A stretch of 64,000 nt of DNA, from NCBI GenBank assembly GCA_964016885.1, contig OZ024741.1, forward strand, positions 371,690,001 through 371,754,000, read 5' to 3'. Shown in pieces: positions 57,601-64,000 of the stretch. Origin of the DNA: Eledone cirrhosa. Lineage: Eukaryota. A program made the translations under genes and the position numbers. Under the pieces are notes generated by a model. It did not search any database and was not told the DNA's origin. It saw only the letters and a program-made list of their open reading frames with translations. Each line of letters opens with the position of its first letter. Position 1 is the first letter of the stretch.

Positions 57601-60600
57601 ACGTTATTAGGAGTCTGACAACTGTATAGTGGACTACGTTATTAGGAGTCTGACAACTGTAGAGTGGACAACGTTGTTAGGATTCTGAAGACTGTATAGT
57701 GGACAACGTTGTTAGGAGTCTGACAACTGTATAGTGGACAACGTTGTTAGGAGTCTGACAACTGTATAGTGGACAACGTTATTAGGATTCTAACAACTGT
57801 ATAGTGGACAACGTTGTTAGGAGCCTAACAACTGTATAGTGGAGATCGTTGTTAGGAGTCTAACAACTGTATAGTGGACAACGTTGTTAGGAGTCTGACA
57901 ACTGTATAGTGGACAACGTTGTTAGGAGTCTGACAACTGTATAGTGGACAACGTTGTTAGGAGTCTGACAACTGTATAGTGGACAACGTTATTAGGAGTC
58001 TAACAACTGTATAGTGGACAACGTTATTAGGAGTCTGACAACTGTATAGTGAACAACGTTATTAGGAGTCTGACAACTGTATAGTGGACAATGTAATTAG
58101 GAGTCTAACAACTGTATAGTGGACAACGTTGTTAGGAGCCTGACAACTGTGTAGTGGAGATCGTTGTTAGGAGACTAACAACTGTATAGTGGACAACGTT
58201 GTTAGGAGTCTGACAACTGTATAGTGGACAACGTTATTAGGAGTCTAACAACTGTATAGTGGACAACGTTGTTAGGAGCCTAACAACTGTATAGTGGAGA
58301 TCGTTGTCAGGAGTCTAACAACTGTATAGTGGACAACGTTGTTAGGAGTCTGTCAACGATATAGTGGACAACGTTACTAGGTGTCTAACAACTGTATATT
58401 GGACAACGTTATTAGCAGTCTAACAACGGTATAGTGGACAACGTTATTAGGTGTCTAACAACTGTATAGTGGACAACGTTATTAGGAGTCTAACAACGGA
58501 CTAGTGGACAACGTTATTAGGAGTCTAACAACTGTATAGTGAACAACGTTGTTAGGAGTGTAACAACTGTATAGTGGGCAACGTTATTAGGAGTCTAACA
58601 ACTGTATAGTGGACAACGTTATTAGGAGTCTAACAACTGAATAGTGGACAACGTTATTAGGAGTCTAACAACTGTATAGTGGACAACGTTATTAGGAGTC
58701 TAACAACTGTATAGTGGACAACGTTATTAGGAGTCTGTCAACCGTATAGTGGATAGCGTTATTAGGAGTCTGACAACTGTATAGTGGACAACGTTATTAG
58801 GAGTCTAACAACTGTGTAGTGGACAACGTTATTAGGAGTCTAACAATGTATAGTGGACAACGTTATTAGGAGTCTAACAACTGTATAGTGGACAACGTTA
58901 TTAGGTGTCTAACAACTATATAGTGGTCAACGTTATTATGTGTCTAACAACTGTATAGTGGACAACGTTATTAGGAGTCTGACAACTGTATAGTGGACAA
59001 CGTTATTAGGAGTCTAACAACTTTGTAGTGGACAACGTTATTAGGAGTCTAACAACTGTATAGTGGACAACGTTGTTAGGAGTCGAACAACTGAATAGTG
59101 GACAACGTTATTAGGAGTCTGACAACTGTATAGTGGACAACGTAATTAGGAGTCTAACAACTGTATAGTGGACAACGTTGTTAGGAGCCTAACAACTGTA
59201 TAGTGGAGATCGTTGTTAGGAGTCTGACAACTGTATAGTGGACAACGTTATTAGTAGTCTGACAGCTGTAGAGTGGACAACGTTATTATGAGTCTAACAA
59301 CTGTATAGTGGACAACGTTATTAGGAGTCTCACAACTGTATAGTGGACAACGTTATTAGGAGTCTGACAACTGTATAGTGGACTACGTTATTAGGAGTCT
59401 GACAACTGTAGAGTGGACAACGTTGTTAGGATTCTGAAGACTGTATAGTGGACAACGTTGTTAGGAGTCTGACAACTGTATAGTGGACAACGTTGTTAGG
59501 AGTCTGACAACTGTATAGTGGACAACGTTATTAGGATTCTAACAACTGTATAGTGGACAACGTTGTTAGGAGCCTAACAACTGTATAGTGGAGATCGTTG
59601 TTAGGAGTCTAACAACTGTATAGTGGACAACGTTGTTAGGAGTCTGACAACTGTATAGTGGACAACGTTGTTAGGAGTCTGACAACTGTATAGTGGACAA
59701 CGTTGTTAGGAGTCTGACAACTGTATAGTGGACAACGTTATTAGGAGTCTAACAACTGTATAGTGGACAACGTTATTAGGAGTCTGACAACTGTATAGTG
59801 AACAACGTTATTAGGAGTCTGACAACTGTATAGTGGACAATGTAATTAGGAGTCTAACAACTGTATAGTGGACAACGTTGTTAGGAGCCTGACAACTGTG
59901 TAGTGGAGATCGTTGTTAGGAGACTAACAACTGTATAGTGGACAACGTTGTTAGGAGTCTGACAACTGTATAGTGGACAACGTTATTAGGAGTCTAACAA
60001 CTGTATAGTGGACAACGTTGTTAGGAGCCTAACAACTGTATAGTGGAGATCGTTGTCAGGAGTCTAACAACTGTATAGTGGACAACGTTGTTAGGAGTCT
60101 GTCAACGATATAGTGGACAACGTTACTAGGTGTCTAACAACTGTATATTGGACAACGTTATTAGGAGTCTAACAACGGACTAGTGGACAACGTTATTAGG
60201 AGTCTAACAACTGTATAGTGAACAACGTTGTTAGGAGTGTAACAACTGTATAGTGGGCAACGTTATTAGGAGTCTAACAACTGTATAGTGGACAACGTTA
60301 TTAGGAGTCTAACAACTGTATAGTGGACAATATTATAAGGAGTCTAACAACTGTATAGTGGACAACGTTATTAGGAGTCTGACAACTGTATAGTGGACAA
60401 CGTTGTTAGGAGTCTAACAACTGAATAGTGGACAACGTTATTAGGAGTCTAACAACTGTATAGTGGACAACGTTATTAGGAGTCTAACAACTGTATAGTG
60501 GACAACGTTATTAGGAGTCTGTCAACCGTATAGTGGATAGCGTTATTAGGAGTCTGACAACTGTATAGTGGACAACGTTATTAGGAGTCTAACAACTGTG

Positions 60601-63600
60601 TAGTGGACAACGTTATTAGGAGTCTAACAATGTATAGTGGACAACGTTATTAGGAGTCTAACAACTGTATAGTGGACAACGTTATTAGGTGTGTAACAAC
60701 TATATAGTGGTCAACGTTATTATGTGTCTAACAGCTGTATAGTGGACAACGTTATTAGGAGTCTGACAACTGTATAGTGGACAACGTTATTAGGAGTCTA
60801 ACAACTGTATAGTGGACAACGTTGTTAGGAGTCGAACAACTGAATAGTGGACAACGTTATTAGGAGTCTCACAACTGTATAGTGGACAACGTTGTTAGGA
60901 GTCTGACAACTGTATAGTGGTCAACGTTATTAGGAGTCTAACAACTGTATAGTGGACAACGTTATTAGGAGTCTAACAACGGATTAGTGAACAACGTTAT
61001 TGGGAGTCTAACAACTGTATAGTGGACAACGTTGTTAGGAGCCTAACAACTGTATAGTGGAGATCGTTGTTAGGAGTCTAACAACTGTATAGTGGACAAC
61101 GTTGTTATGAGTCTGACAACTGTATAGTGGACAACGTTATTAGGAGTCTAACAACTGTATAGTGGACAACGTTGTTAGGAGCCTAACAACTGTATAGTGG
61201 ACAACGTTATTAGGAGTCTGACAACTGTATAGTGGACTACGTTATTAGGACTCTGACAACTGTAGAGTGGACAACGTTGTTAGGATTCTGACGACTGTAT
61301 AGTGGACAACGTTGTTAGGAGTCTAACAACTGTATAGTGGACAACGTTGTTAGGAATCTGACAACTGTATAGTGAACAACGTTGTTAGGAGTCTGACAAG
61401 TGGAGAGTGGACAACGTTGTTAGGAGTCTGACAACTGTATAGTGGACAACGTTATTAGGAGTCTGACAACTGTATAGTGGACAACGTTGTTAGGAGTCTG
61501 ACAACTGTATAGTGGACAACGTAATTAGGAGTCTAACAACTGTATAGTGGACAACGTTGTTAGGAGCCTAACAACTGTATAGTGGAGATCGTTGTTAGGA
61601 GTCTGACAACTGTATAGTGGACAACGTTATTAGTAGTCTGACAGCTGTAGAGTGGACAACGTTATTATGAGTCTAACAACTGTGTAGTGGACAACGTTAT
61701 TAGGAGTCTCACAACTGTATAGTGGACAACGTTATTAGGAGTCTGACAACTGTATAGTGGACTACGTTGTTAGGAGTCTGACAACTGTATAGTGGACAAC
61801 GTTGTTAGGAGTCTGACAACTGTATAGTGGACAACGTTATTAGGATTCTAACAACTGTATAGTGGACAACGTTGTTAGGAGCCTAACAACTGTATAGTGG
61901 AGATCGTTGTTAGGAGTCTAACAACTGTATAGTGGACAACGTTGTTAGGAGTCTGACAACTGTATAGTGGACAACGTTGTTAGGAGTGTGACAACTGTAT
62001 AGTGGACAACGTTGTTAGGAGTCTGACAACTGTATAGTGGACAACGTTATTAGGAGTCTAACAACTGTATAGTGGACAACGTTATTAGGAGTCTGACAAC
62101 TGTATAGTGAACAACGTTATTAGGAGTCTGACAACTGTATAGTGGACAATGTAATTAGGAGTCTAACAACTGTATAGTGGACAACGTTGTTAGGAGCCTG
62201 ACAACTGTGTAGTGGAGATCGTTGTTAGGAGACTAACAACTGTATAGTGGACAACGTTGTTAGGAGTCTGACAACTGTATAGTGGACAACGTTATTAGGA
62301 GTCTAACAACTGTATAGTGGACAACGTTGTTAGGAGCCTAACAACTGTATAGTGGAGATCGTTGTCAGGAGTCTAACAACTGTATAGTGGACAACGTTGT
62401 TAGGAGTCTGTCAACGATATAGTGGACAACGTTACTAGGTGTCTAACAACTGTATATTGGACAACGTTATTAGCAGTCTAACAACGGTATAGTGGACAAC
62501 GTTATTAGGTGTCTAACAACTGTATAGTGGACAACGTTATTAGGAGTCTAACAACGGACTAGTGGACAACGTTATTAGGAGTCTAACAACTGTATAGTGA
62601 GCAACGTTGTTAGGAGTGTAACAACTGTATAGTGGGCAACGTTATTAGGAGTCTAACAACTGTATAGTGGACAACGTTATTAGGAGTCTAACAACTGTAT
62701 AGTGGACAATATTATTAGGAGTCTAACAACTGTATAGTGGACAACGTTATTAGGAGTCTGACAACTGTATAGTGGACAACGTTGTTAGGAGTCTAACAAC
62801 TGAATAGTGGACAACGTTATTAGGAGTCTAACAACTGTATAGTGGACAACGTTATTAGGAGTCTAACAACTGTATAGTGGACAACGTTATTAGGAGTCTG
62901 TCAACCGTATAGTGGATAGCGTTATTAGGAGTCTGACAACTGTATAGTGGACAACGTTATTAGGAGTCTAACAACTGTGTAGTGGACAACGTTATTAGGA
63001 GTCTAACAATGTATAGTGGACAACGTTATTAGGAGTCTAACAACTGTATAGTGGACAACGTTATTAGGTGTCTAACAACTATATAGTGGTCAACGTTATT
63101 ATGTGTCTAACAACTGTATAGTGGACAACGTTATTAGGAGTCTGACAACTGTATAGTGGACAACGTTATTAGGAGTCTAACAACTTTGTAGTGGACAACG
63201 TTATTAGGAGTCTAACAACTGTATAGTGGACAACGTTGTTAGGAGTCGAACAACTGAATAGTGGACAACGTTATTAGGAGTCTCACAACTGTATAGTGGG
63301 CAACGTTGTTAGGAGTCTGACAACTGTATAGTGGTCAACGTTATTAGGAGTCTAACAACTGTATAGTGGACAACGTTATTAGGAGTCTAACAACGGATTA
63401 GTGAACAACGTTATTGGGAGTCTAACAACTGTATAGTGGACAACGTTATTTGGAGTCTAACAACTGTATAGTGGACAACGTTATTAGGAGTCTGACAACT
63501 GTATAGTGGACAACGTTATTAGGAGTCTGACAACTGTAGAGTAGACAACGTTGTTAGGAGTCTAACAACTGTATAGTGGTCAACGTTGTTAGGAGTCTGA

Positions 63601-64000
63601 CAACTGTATAGTGGACTACGTTGTTAGGAGTCTAACAACTGTATAGTGAACTACGTTATTAGGAGTCTGACAACTGTATAGTGGACAACGTTATTAGGAG
63701 TCTAACAACTGTGTAGTGGACAACGTTATTAGGAGTCTAACAACTGTATAGTGGACAATGTTATTAGGAGTCTAACAACTGTATAGTGGACACCGTTATT
63801 AGGAGTCTAACAACTGTATAGTGGACAACGTTATTAGGAGTGTGACAACTGTATAGTGGACAACGTTATTAGGAGTCTGACAACTGTATAGTGGACAACG
63901 TTATTAGGAGTCTAACAACTGTGTAGTGGACAACGTTATTAGGAGTCTAACAACTGTATAGTGGACAACGTTGTTAGGAGTCTAACAACTGTATTGTGGA
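51618..64000 (+). repeat. 35-bp satellite, ~350 monomers, runs off the window edge
   Basis: CGTT(A/G)TTAGGAGTCT(A/G)ACAACTGTATAGTGGACAA; period 35; no ORF in the track beyond 50821. Confidence 0.98.

Noticed and set aside
51002-64000. CRISPR-like array of 35-41-bp partly palindromic repeats
   Set aside because: There are no unique spacers (monomers are contiguous), no cas genes, and the context is eukaryotic; it is a satellite.

Overview
Repeat-saturated, AT-rich eukaryotic DNA with no credible host protein-coding gene. The SINE, LINE and microsatellite make-up suggests a coleoid cephalopod such as Octopus (inference). Nearly all ORFs in the track are microsatellite artefacts. Bases 1-51,000 are a mosaic of (TA)n, (CA)n, (GA)n and (CATA)n microsatellites carrying four kinds of insert. 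(i) Penelope-like element (PLE) remnants: two RT-thumb/GIY-YIG ORF fragments and many short fold-back (palindromic) pLTR pieces inside (TA)n. Many of these carry minimal type I hammerhead ribozyme motifs from several unrelated sequence families. (ii) RTE-clade LINE fragments and a ~610-bp bipartite non-autonomous RTE derivative, stacked in (CATA)n arrays. Their 5' ends carry an invariant-length 83-nt covarying RNA structure that is a candidate ribozyme. (iii) tRNA-derived SINEs, MITEs, a probable Helitron and Tx1-type LINE ends. (iv) Two local segmental duplications whose junctions are chimeric element copies. From ~51,000 to the end, a 41-bp minisatellite switches through a shared 22-bp core into a >12-kb 35-bp satellite with higher-order structure.
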